Source of the DNA: Octopus sinensis | Lineage: Eukaryota | DNA: 64,000 bases | Assembly (NCBI RefSeq): GCF_006345805.1 | Contig: NC_042997.1 | Location: 64,542,001-64,606,000 of the forward strand | Direction of reading: 5' to 3' | Shown: positions 53,556-64,000 of the stretch, in pieces | Layout: each line of letters begins with the position of its first letter | How positions within the stretch are numbered: position 1 is the stretch's first letter | Made by a program: the position numbers and the translations under genes | The notes under the pieces: model-generated | Seen by the model: only the letters and a program-made list of their open reading frames with translations | Told to the model about the DNA's origin: nothing | The model's database searches: none

Positions 53556-54462
53556 AGAAAAACCTCCTCATGGAAACAAAAATTCCGGATGAAAACCAAA
53601 ACTTTCAGATAGGGGCTGTCGGAATCTTACACGAGTTCTTAGAAAGGATCACAAAAGTACAGCTCCTAAAATTACTGAAGTGCTTAATGACCACCTCGAT
53701 AACTCAGTTTCCATAAAAACTATTCACAGGGAGCTACACAAAACTGGATTGCACGGGAGGTCTGCAATCACAAGACCATTATTTTCAAAAACAAACTTTG
53801 CAAAGCGTTTACAGTGGGGTTAAAAAACGTACCGAATTGCTCCCTAGAGCAGTGGGAGAATGTTATTTTCTCGGACAAGTCATCCTTTACATTATTTCCG
53901 ACCCAGACTGCCTTCTTCCAACTGTTAAACATGGAAGAGGCTCTGTGAGGATCTGGGGAGGGGCTATATTTTGGAAATCCATTGGCCCAATGGTTTTCTG
54001 TCACGGCATAATTACTAATCAAGATTATTTGAGCATTATATCTGATCAAATTCATCCTATGGTGGCGGAACTGCTTCCGGAGAGAAACGCAATCTTTCAG
54101 GAAGATAATGCACCAATTCACACAGCTAAATTTCTTACTGAATGGCACGAGGAACATTCTAGTGAATTTGAACATCTTATCTGGACACCACAGTCCTCAG
54201 ATCTCAATATTATTGAATATTTACGGTGCATTTGAGAAAAACAAGTAAGGAGTCGATATCCTCCACCATCATCACCACTAGAATTAGAGACTGTTTTAAC
54301 TGAAGTATGGACAAAGATTTCTTTGGAAACAATTCATACTTTGTACGAATTCAAGAAATCATAGAATTCAAGCTGTAATTACTGCCAAATATGGTTCTAC
54401 GCCATATTAAAATAAATTTGTTTCAAATTGTAAGGTATTTCTATTATTTTGTCCAACCCCTG
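52690..54462 (+). mobile_element. Tc1-type transposon (same family as 7314-8564), pseudogenised, with nested insert
   Basis: TIRs ctggggttggacaaaataatggaaac / ttctattattttgtccaacccctg, TA flanks. ORF 53798..54235 has FQEDNAPIH...WTPQSSDLNIIE (DD34E-type). Confidence 0.93.
52797..53300 (+). mobile_element. Helentron/HINE-like non-autonomous insert inside Tc1
   Basis: actagcagtatcgcccggcgttgctcggg start and acacaactacagttttatatatatag end. Absent from the homologous site of the 7314-8564 copy; no obvious TSD. Confidence 0.75.
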
Positions 54463-54689
54463 TATATATATGTATGTATATAGCTATATCCATATATACG
54501 TAAAATATATAGGGTAGCGAATATTTTTAGAAATTTCACTACCAGTGGCCAAGCATGTATAAAAAGTCAATAGGCAACATAATAGTGTACATTTAAACAC
54601 AAGAGAAACTACCTTAAAAGGGTAATTTTATACGCTAGAAGAAGCAGTCAACACGACCAAAACCACATAAATCTATCTATCTATATGTA

Positions 54690-54869
54690 TATTTCCCTTG
54701 GCGGGCTGGCCATATCGGAGCAATCTCAAGATTAATCAGCCGAAATTGCTAAGATGATCTGGTTCTTGACTGATGACTGAGGGCTTCGAATCTCCCGTCC
54801 TGTGGTTCTTGTGTCGTCTCTGTGGTGTTTCATGTTCTTGTCCATGTCTGTAATTATTTTTACTGTTTA

Positions 54870-54872
<3 letters not shown>
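54690..54872 (+). mobile_element. Short repeat unit between TA-rich tracts carrying a rearranged HHR-like motif
   Basis: Non-microsatellite island between ctat/TA repeats; PLE-terminus origin is inference. Confidence 0.45.
54719..54785 (+). ncRNA. Candidate non-circularly permuted hammerhead ribozyme
   Basis: AGCAAU-C-UCAAGA-uuaa-UCAG-cc-GAA-AUUGCU-(13 nt)-UCUUGA-CUGAUGA-CUGA: 6-bp stem III, 6-bp stem I, 4-bp stem II, perfect core, AUC triplet. Confidence 0.6.
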
Positions 54873-54921
<49 letters not shown>

Positions 54922-54922
54922 T

Positions 54923-55154
54923 GGAAGCGCAATGGCCCAGTGGTTAGGTAGCAAAAACACCTAAAAGCTCCACGACGCTCCGGCAGGAGGTGGTGATCCC
55001 TGCTGTACTCTTTCACCACTCTTTCTCCTACTCTTTCCTCTGTTGGCCTGCTCGCTTAGCCAGCGGGGTGGCGTCATTCGAAGGCTAAAACAATGCGAAC
55101 GCATTGTGACCAGCGATGTGTAACAACATTAGATTGTCTGGTCGGTCACGTGAT

Positions 55155-55162
<8 letters not shown>
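54923..55162 (+). mobile_element. SINE family D with internal deletion in the head
   Basis: Homologous to 45148-45456. Confidence 0.85.
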
Positions 55163-55187
<25 letters not shown>

Positions 55188-55784
55188 CTTATAAAACACA
55201 AGGATAAAAATTCACAAACCTAATAGTACTCCTATTCAGGAATTTGTAAACATATGAAGCTCGATCAAACGTATACATAATTGGAGACGCTCCAGGCCCG
55301 ACCTTCTAGTCTTTTCGATGTAAATTTGTAATTAAGAATGTAGCATGTATGTGAAGAAATATTTGGATGTTGTATTAAGTAGCTCGAAAAACTGCCTTGA
55401 GTCTTTCACTCTCTCATACCTTCTCAATTGCTTTTTTGCTTTTCTTTATTCATTTTCTCCCACCCCTCTCTCTTAGTCTCTGGTCCTTAGCATAGCGTAG
55501 CCATTGTATTTGTGCGACCGTGCGTGTCTATCTATCTCTATCCACCTGTCTAATTATCTCCTCTCTCTTTCTCTCTCTCCCTCTCTCTTTATACATATTT
55601 ATATGAATATATATATGTGGATATGTGTGTGTATGTGTGCATGTATGTATGTGTGTATATATATATATATATGATTGTACATATGTATGTATGTGTGTGC
55701 ATGTGTGTACATATATATGTACATACACATATACGCACACACAGCCATCCATACAATCATACATATACACACACATACAGCGCC

Positions 55785-55978
55785 ATGATAGACCGTTAGC
55801 CACTACACAGATTGTTTTTCTCTCCTTGTTTCTTTCTCTCCGTGTTCCTTTCTGTAGAAGAGCGTAGGCTCGAAACGTAAAAGACTTTCTCTATTCCTGA
55901 GCGTTATACTAATACATCTGTTTGTTTTTAACACACCACCTGTCTTCGTCTTTTACTGTTTTTTTCGTAAACTCTCCC

Positions 55979-55980
<2 letters not shown>
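55785..55980 (+). mobile_element. PLE-like terminal repeat family 1
   Basis: Best-preserved copy; ends at (TA)n. Confidence 0.7.
55848..55883 (+). ncRNA. Minimal type I HHR-like motif (A6U variant core)
   Basis: CTTT-CTGTAGA-a-GAGC-gtag-GCTC-GAAAC-GT-A-AAAG; stem III is the bare palindrome ACGU. Confidence 0.5.
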
Positions 55981-56046
<66 letters not shown>

Positions 56047-56091
56047 GTGAACGGAAAGACATTCTAAAAGCTATTACATAGTGTTATAAAA

Positions 56092-56308
56092 ATCCTTTCT
56101 ACTGAAGGCACAAGACCTGAAATTTGGGGCGAGGGACTAGTCGATTACTTCGACTCCAGTATTCACTGGTACTTATTTAATCGTCCCCGAAATGATGAAA
56201 GGCAAAGTCGACCTCAGCGGGATTTGAACTCAGAACGTAAGAGCGGACGAAATGTCAGTAAACATTTTGCCCGGCGTACTAACGATTCTGCCAACTCGCC
56301 GCCTTGCC
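56092..56308 (-). mobile_element. SINE family B with 13-bp TSD
   Basis: TSD tagtgttataaaa at 56079-56091 and 56309-56321. Confidence 0.9.
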
Positions 56309-56568
56309 TAGTGTTATAAAAGAAAAGACAGAATCTGTTGTCAGGACTCGTTTACTTGAGAGTTACATACAGAATTTTAGTGGTCCACATTTCGGTTCTC
56401 TGTAGCGGCTTACTTGTCCTTTTTTTATCTCTGTAAGGGTATTTTCTCTGATCATCTAATCTGTTATTGCAGCTACAATCCTGCTTGTTAAATTTCCCTA
56501 ATTTCCAATTTCCCAACACTTCAGTGGAACGAGCCCGTTCCACACACACACACACACACACTCTCACG

Positions 56569-56656
<88 letters not shown>

Positions 56657-56686
56657 CATATATATATATGAATGTATGTATATATA

Positions 56687-57921
56687 CGAGGGTCGTTCAT
56701 TAAGGAATTCCCCTGGCCCTCATCCTGTTTAATGCTGGTACCTGTATAGGCATATTCATACATGAATCTACATGCCACATTCTAAGTTACAGCTTTCCGT
56801 TAGAATTCGTTTGTCTTATTACGACTTCTAAAGTGGACTAATGTTTTTATAATGGGGCTAGTTCAATGCAGATCAGTGATCATATTCTTATACCTGAAAG
56901 GTCGTTCACCAAGAGAGACTTTTGATGTGATGAATGAAGTTTATGATGACGATGCACTGGCATAGTGAAGCACTGGCATCAGCAGTTCAAATGTGGTCGG
57001 ACATCGTTAGAAACTACTCCTATTCCTGGACTACCACATTGTGTCATTGATACGGACACCATCCATAATTGGAAGCCACCATTGTGGAGGAACGCCGCAT
57101 AACTATTCGGCAACTGGCCCAACACGTGAAGATAATTGTAGGGTCCGTGGAAAAAATCATTCATAACCATTTGCAAATGCAGAAGTTGTGTGCACGATGG
57201 ATTTCCCGGATGCTCACACCTTTTGAGAAGCAGGAGCGTGTCAATTGTTCCCAGGCTATTTTGGCAATGTGTCAAGAAAACGAGATCTTTTTCGGCAGGC
57301 TTATCACACATGCTAAAACATGAGTCCATCACTATGATCCTGAGACTAAAGTCCAGTCGAAGCAATGGAAACATGATAACACACTACCTCCAAAAAAGGC
57401 TCGCGTCCAACCGTCAGCAGGAAAGAAGACGCTCTTAGTGTTTGGGGACAAGCGCGGCGTAGTCATGATGGATTTTCTGGCAAAGGGCACCACAATGAAC
57501 GGGATCATATTATGCTTCTCTGCTGCATAAATTGCGGGACGCCGTCAAAACAGAAAGGCATGGTATATTGACCAAGGGTGTCCGCCTCCTCTAAGCGCAT
57601 ATTGTCCAGATGTAAACACACTCCTGCGGATATGAAATTCTTACTCAACCCCCTTACTCTCCCGAACCTCGCACCATCTTCCAACTTTTTCGAAAAATGA
57701 AGTCTTTTTTGAAGAGGAAGTACTTTAGGATGATGATGAACTTGTTTCCAAACTAAAGTATTGGATCCAGACGTAACCTACCGATTTCTACAGACGAGGT
57801 CTTGACAGTAGCATGAAGCTTGGGAGGAGTGTATCACCAAAAGGTGGTGGCTTTCATCGAGAAGCACGTTTAATCTAGTCCTTGGGAAATGGGTTAGAGG
57901 AAATCTTTAATGAACACCCAA

Positions 57922-57924
<3 letters not shown>
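56687..57924 (+). mobile_element. Mariner-type transposon, pseudogenised
   Basis: TA|cgagggtcgttcattaag with a degenerate right TIR (ctttaatgaacacccaacg). Translation: RRITIRQLA...QKLCARWISRML...VHHYDPETKVQSKQW...PPYSPNLAPS. Confidence 0.92.
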
Positions 57925-57984
<60 letters not shown>

Positions 57985-60245
57985 CTCTCTCTATGCAGAA
58001 GCGTACATGTAAATATTTTGCCGCTAGAAACACACACACACACCTATATATGTGTGAATTACTTTTGATATATTATGTATCTCTAGGTTTGTGCGTACAT
58101 GTGTATACATCGATGCTTGTAAAATATGTATGTGCGCGCATAATATGTATGTCTGCATGCATATAAATGCAAGTATTGAAATACATCATTGTTTCGTTTA
58201 ATTAATGAAATGTAGCAAATCAAAATGCACGCTGGAAAACAAAATCAAGTAAAAGCAAGTTTTAACTAATTGCAACGAGTATTTCTGCTTCAGTTGAAAG
58301 TACCATCCGCTTCCTTTTCACGTTTTTTGCCGTAATCATTGATGCCGTGTTGACATTGTCTTGAGTCCTATGTTATTATTATTGATGTTATTGAAATCGT
58401 TGTTGATGTTTTTATTGTTGCAGATGGTATTGCATTTACTCTTTCTGTTCTTTTGCTGATTTTGTTGAGGTCCAGGTAAAGCTGTTGTGATCCTTTCCTA
58501 TTTGCTGCTGTTTTGTTTGTTGCTCCTACATTTGTGATTACTGTTGCTGATCGTAGTTTTGGATGTCTTTGTTGGCAGTGATGTTTTCGAGGCACCCTCA
58601 TTCTTGGTTGTTGTTATTGCTGTTGTTGTTGATAAGGCTTTGGTTGATTCTATTTTCATAATGCTGTTATTACTATTGCGATGACTGGAGCTGCTACTAT
58701 GACAGTTAATATCATTTTTGTATTCAACATTGTTGTTACTGTTGAGCTAGTTTCAATTATTCTTGTTTTTAGTGTTGATATAACTGCTGCTGTGATTATC
58801 GTTTTGTTTTGCCTCTGTCAGCCAGCTGTAAAGGAATATGCTCTTCTTGAAAGTATTCTAGTCATCTTTTTTTTATATCTGAGAAAATAGTATTTGATAT
58901 GTCTTAAAAATGTGATTTAGATGAATATTGCAAGCCATTTCTTGTTTGACTTAAGATATCATTGTTGCTTTGCGAAAGATCAGGCTTGATCGCGAACATA
59001 CGTGATAAAAATAAGAAAGGACCCGCGATCACGCAATTTCTTTACGAGTAGAACTGGAAACAGACTAATCTATTCACAATGCGCCTAAATACTGGGCTGA
59101 AATAAACCTTGGAATACTTAAGTCGGAAGCTGATCGTTGGACTCATAACTGCATCTCTGCAAACTTGACAGATGTTCTTCCATTGCAACATATCAATTCT
59201 CCGATATTTTCCATCCATTTCCAAAATTTAGTTGCTTCCAGCGTCAACTTCACATTCTGTACGCCATAAGAAACTTCGAGTATCATTAAATAAATCGGCT
59301 TTAATGGTGAAACTCAAAGTAGATAATGCTTAATTATAGAATGTAAATATTGCGTTAAAAACAGTTTCGCAAGAAAAAGTCGAAGTCCGCTGTAGGAACC
59401 TATTCTCCCACTTTGAGTAAAAGCTATTATTTACAACTACATCTACTTCGAGATCTACAGTTAAATGTCTCTGGAATTTAAAAAATTACTATGAACGTAA
59501 GCAGCATGCAAATTTTGCTGCTAAGTACAAAACTGTTACCATGGCTTCAGAAATTCGAAGGATTGTTCTATTGCAGTAAGTGCATCATATTCAGAGAACT
59601 TATGGGCAGTCCTCGGCCGTTTTTCACTGCTAAGGTGGTTTCACCCAATAATTATAAAATATTACTTTATCTATTTGGAGTTCTATCGTTAAAGTGATAT
59701 ATTTCCTAACGCAAATAGTATATATATATATATATATATTTAGAATGGTTGATCCTCTCAATTTCGATACCATATGACAAAGGCAAGACATTCTGTCTTC
59801 TCTGCAATTCTGAGCTATTTTTCATTATTTTTTCTAAAAATACTCTAGTAAACACGGTTATAGAACGAGCATACAGATGTAAGCATTGGCAGAAACATAC
59901 TTTTAGTGCATATAAGTAGTCTCTATCATTATATATAGTTTAGACTTTAATTTCCTTTATATTTAACATTCAATATCAATATCCCTACTCTTTCTGTTAG
60001 CTACTTATGACGTTATATCATATAACGTTTTTTTAAACAATATTAATAGCGTTCTGTCTATCGCTATACGAATCCATCATTTTTTGCTAAAATGTCGTAT
60101 TGACAAGTTTCGTTTTTTCACTTTCCCGAAGAGAAGATTGCATTGTTTATACCTTTTATTCTTTTGAATATGTATCAGTGAAATTTTTGAAACATATGTA
60201 GAAAGTAAAAATACTTGTTTAAACCTGCGTTAACTCCATTTTTTA

Positions 60246-60284
<39 letters not shown>

Positions 60285-60299
60285 ATATATATATATATG

Positions 60300-60340
<41 letters not shown>

Positions 60341-60364
60341 ATATACATATATATATATATACAT

Positions 60365-60428
<64 letters not shown>

Positions 60429-60462
60429 ATTAATTATTAATTAATTGATTAATTGATTAATT

Positions 60463-61051
60463 AATTGATTAATTAATTAATTTTACCCTCAATTGTTGAA
60501 ATTATAATTCATCTCTCTCTATTTAATGCCTCGGATTTTACCGAAAAAAGCAGTGTTACTGATTTTAACCCACGCTGGTGGAAAGGGGAGAGCAGAAATT
60601 CTTCGCTTGCATATTTGAGTTTGCTGGCACTGTTAGTTTCGAGCAGATCTTCAGAAGCGATAAGAAGCCGAAAGGGTATGCTCCCACTTTCAGTGTTTTC
60701 AAATCCAAACCAAGGAGTTCTGAGCTGATGATAGAAGTGTCGAGTTTGACTAATCTTGAAACGTACGTTCTCAAATAACCTTTGCATTTGATTTTTTAAT
60801 GTCTTTACCCCCATACTTTCGTGAGTTGAATTGAGCAAACACTATATGAGAGAGGTTTTCTTTAAGTATTAGAAATAGTTTTAAAAAAGTTTTTTAGCTG
60901 CTATTTCTAATGAGTTCAGTATGCGGCAAAGTAATTTATTTTACTAAGTCCTTTTATATATGTAATAATTTGAATTCGCCTTGAATGGTCCCTTTGCATA
61001 CTGAATACTTGGTGAAATTGATTAATTAATTAATTTTACCCTCAATTGTTG

Positions 61052-61059
<8 letters not shown>
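60463..61059 (-). mobile_element. Segment bounded by 44-bp direct repeats with possible decayed Penelope RT thumb region
   Basis: Identical 44-mers at 60463-60506 and 61016-61059. The minus frame HFYHQLRTPWFGFENTESGSIPFRLLI...LET loosely resembles the PLE RT motif F..HLN.....FT.E.E..GS.PFLD.LI. Confidence 0.35.
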
Positions 61060-61095
<36 letters not shown>

Positions 61096-61124
61096 TGTGT
61101 GAGGATGTTTTTGTGTATAAAAGT

Positions 61125-61998
61125 TAGAGAACGAAGTAGGTAAGATCCGGGCTACATATGTTTCATAGCGACTGAGAGGGCAGAAGTGGCAAGTGAGATG
61201 CATACCGCCGGTTTCTCTTCAGGCTAAGGATATTTTCATAAAATTAAAGGTCACGTTGTCGCAATGCGGTACGTGTTGACACATGGGAGATCTAATCAGA
61301 TTGTGTAAAGAAATATAGCAGCAGCTATAACAACAATCGTGGTCTCTGCGCAGACGAGTTGTTGATATTTTGCAATCCACGAATTGTCTTAATGAACAAG
61401 GCAGTATAATATTCACTTATAAACTTCGTCACCAAATCTATTCTCAAGATACAAATGATAACAAGCCCACGCCACTGTTTCCCTCTAACCTTCATAAATT
61501 TTCCCTCTTATATACCACTATATATTAAACCAACAAATAACCGTGCTTAAATTCCTCACTCTCTCTTGCTTTCTTCCTACACACTTTCTGTCACTGCTTT
61601 GACCATACATATCCCCTTACCGTCTTCCCTCCAAATTATCCTTTCTTCAAATACCACTCCCCTTGCTACTTTCTGTGATTCAGCCTAAGCAACTACATTG
61701 TTTACTACCGGTCAATGGACCTTACTTAAGCTCCTCCTTCTTCTCATTCATATCATTTTCCCTAATTTCAATACATATTCCTACCTACATTTAGATTCTT
61801 CTTTCATACTGTGCTCTCTATGCATTCTGATTAAGTCATCCGTGCGTCAACATGTACCTCCTTGCGTCAGTGTAACCTTTAATTTTATGAAGATATCCTT
61901 GGCCTGAAGAGTAGCCGGCGGTATACACCTTGCTTGGATTTTTACCACTTCTGCAGTTCCGCTCGCTATGAAACATATGTTGCTCGAACCTTGCCTAC
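61125..61998. mobile_element. Old inverted pair of PLE-like terminal repeats (~190-bp arms 61125-61315 / 61810-61998)
   Basis: Diverged reverse-complement similarity; both arms retain CTGAAGA and GAAACATATGT. Confidence 0.6.
61901..61984 (+). ncRNA. Type I HHR-like motif with long stem II insertion (mirror copy 61150-61225 on -)
   Basis: GGC-CTGAAGA-GTAGC-(49 nt)-GCTAT-GAAAC-atat-GT-T-GCT. Confidence 0.45.
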
Positions 61999-64000
61999 TC
62001 TGGTCGCCTACCGTGGAATATAATAAGAACTTTTTTCAGGTTATCGTTATTCGATACGAAAAAAAAACAACAACCTTCCGTCTCAATAAACCACTATTGT
62101 GCATGATAGTTGTTTTTGTATTTACTACTGATTTCTTGAAGCTAACTTTCTTCCTACAACTTGATCCCAGGATATTACATTTCAGTGTGCTCAATGATTT
62201 CCACAATTCGCTTCAGAGTAAAACTTTTTTCAGCAAATTATATTTGCGATGATACCTTCTCTATTCGCGGGCTTATAAATGTATGGACTCTGAAGTTCGA
62301 ACCCTCGTATTGCAAAGCGGCCATTATACAGTTGGTTCTGAGGACCTAGAAAAAATAATTATAAACTACGTGTTAATTATGTAAACCATACACTGTTGCT
62401 TAGAACGTCGGAAAAAGTATCTAGTGGCAAAACATATACGTACAGACTATTTATCATGTATGAAAAGAAAACAAGTGCATATGTATATAAAGAATAAATA
62501 TAACAATATAATAAAGCATTCAGTTTTACTCTAAATTTCACTAGCGTTCGTTTTACACACACACATATACACACACGCACGCACAGGACACATGCACACA
62601 TATACACACCTAGATGCATATATGCATATGTAGGAATATATATGTGTATGCGTGTATATATATATATATGTTTATGCATATGTCTATGCACATATGTATA
62701 TATATATATCTGTACATATATGTATATGCATATATGCACATATGTATGTGTATATGCCTGTGTCTATGTATCTATGTATGTGAGTAAGCATCTATGTTTG
62801 AATGCATGTATTTTTGTGTGCTAATGCTGCATGACTTCTGCATGACTTTTGTTTTTATTTAGGAATAAATTGGAAATACCTCAAAATAAATGAGAATTTC
62901 CCTTTTACTTATTTCTATATATTCCATATTAAGCGTTTTTGTTTTTCTGTGTATGTATTCCTGTCTTGAGTTACTCTATATGTGTGAGAATTCAAAATAA
63001 GTACCTTTTTAAATAATCCTGTTTATGTTTATGTGTGGCTGTGCATTTGGGTATGTGCCCGTAGGTGAGCTACGCGTGAGTGCGAATTTGCGTGGGTGAG
63101 CACTTGAGCATTTGAGTTTTATATTCATGTCGCCATATAAGGTTTATGCACATGTTTGTTCGCTAATTTATTCTACTTCATGGGAAAGCATATATGTAAA
63201 TTTGAAGATATGTGTTGCTATAGTCACCCTCGATAGTATGTGTTGCTTTATGTGCATCTGCATACCGCAAGAATTATGCGAAGTGGTAAAAGAATATCCA
63301 TGCAAGAAATAAATTCAAATACAAATATAGATGGGAGAAATCATAATTAGTTTGTGAGAAGAATGCATTCGGAGTGATCTTCATATAATCGGATAATAGG
63401 ATAAAGGAATATAGCTGCAATCTGGATGCTGAGTCGTGTGAGAAATATAGTTGTAATAAGGTTACCAGAATGTGAGAAGAACTCAAATACTATAGCGTAT
63501 AAAAATATAAACTCATGCAGTAAAATATGATTTATGGTGTACAAATGACAACAGTACTTTTCAAGAAATGTTCGAAAAATGATCTGAAATGTTCGAAGAA
63601 TTGTATTTGAAATATGCTTCGTAAATTATGACAAATTATTTTATGATATGTTGTTTGGAAAATAATGTGTAGTTATACAATGTGAAAGAATAGATGAAAA
63701 TATATTGGTATTAAGATGAAATCGAAAAAATTAATCTGTATATAGAAAATGAAATGAAAATAATGCTCTTCTATCAGATCTCTCAATACGTTTGGACAAT
63801 ATTACGTGGCACTACCACTGAAAGACCTCTAAAATCATATTTTGAAATATAAGGCAACATTTAATAGACTACCGGGGATTGTTTTCAAAGTATTCGAATA
63901 TTTGTGAATGTTTATCAAAATAGACTTCATAAATAAATTGGGGGAAAACGTGTAAAAAAGCATCTTAATCTTTGCGTATGTCACTACTATGAAAGTACTA

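Noticed and set aside
59042-59270. Overlapping ~60-65 codon frames on both strands
   Set aside because: No usable splice sites or start context, and no recognisable motif.
60525-60615. GGKGRAEILRL resembling a GST/S-crystallin N-terminus
   Set aside because: A stop follows within three codons and there is no further GST similarity.

Overview
Repeat-dominated, AT-rich eukaryotic DNA. The SINE families and microsatellite load look like an Octopus (cephalopod) genome; that is recognition, not a database result. No complete protein-coding gene can be supported. Almost all ORFs in the supplied track are microsatellite artefacts or transposon relics. Supported content: (TA)n, (CA)n, (GA)n, (GATA)n and trinucleotide arrays; four tRNA-headed SINE families (about 25 copies, two with clean 13-16 bp TSDs); decayed Tx1/L1-like and RTE-like LINE pieces; three Tc1-type relics, one mariner relic and one hAT relic; two MITEs with 8-bp TSDs; Helentron-like inserts; and a solo LTR. 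The most striking signal is a dense set of Penelope-like (PLE)/retrozyme-type terminal repeats sitting in (TA)n tracts, carrying hammerhead ribozyme (HHR) motifs from about six sequence families. These include a head-to-head pair of circularly permuted ~361-nt units, each with a type I HHR (1087-1830), and a candidate non-circularly permuted (pseudoknotted) HHR with a perfect CUGAUGA/GAAA core (54719-54785). One weak candidate host exon lies at 9242-9519 (-). All coordinates were read by eye; repeat boundaries are approximate unless a TSD or TIR is quoted.
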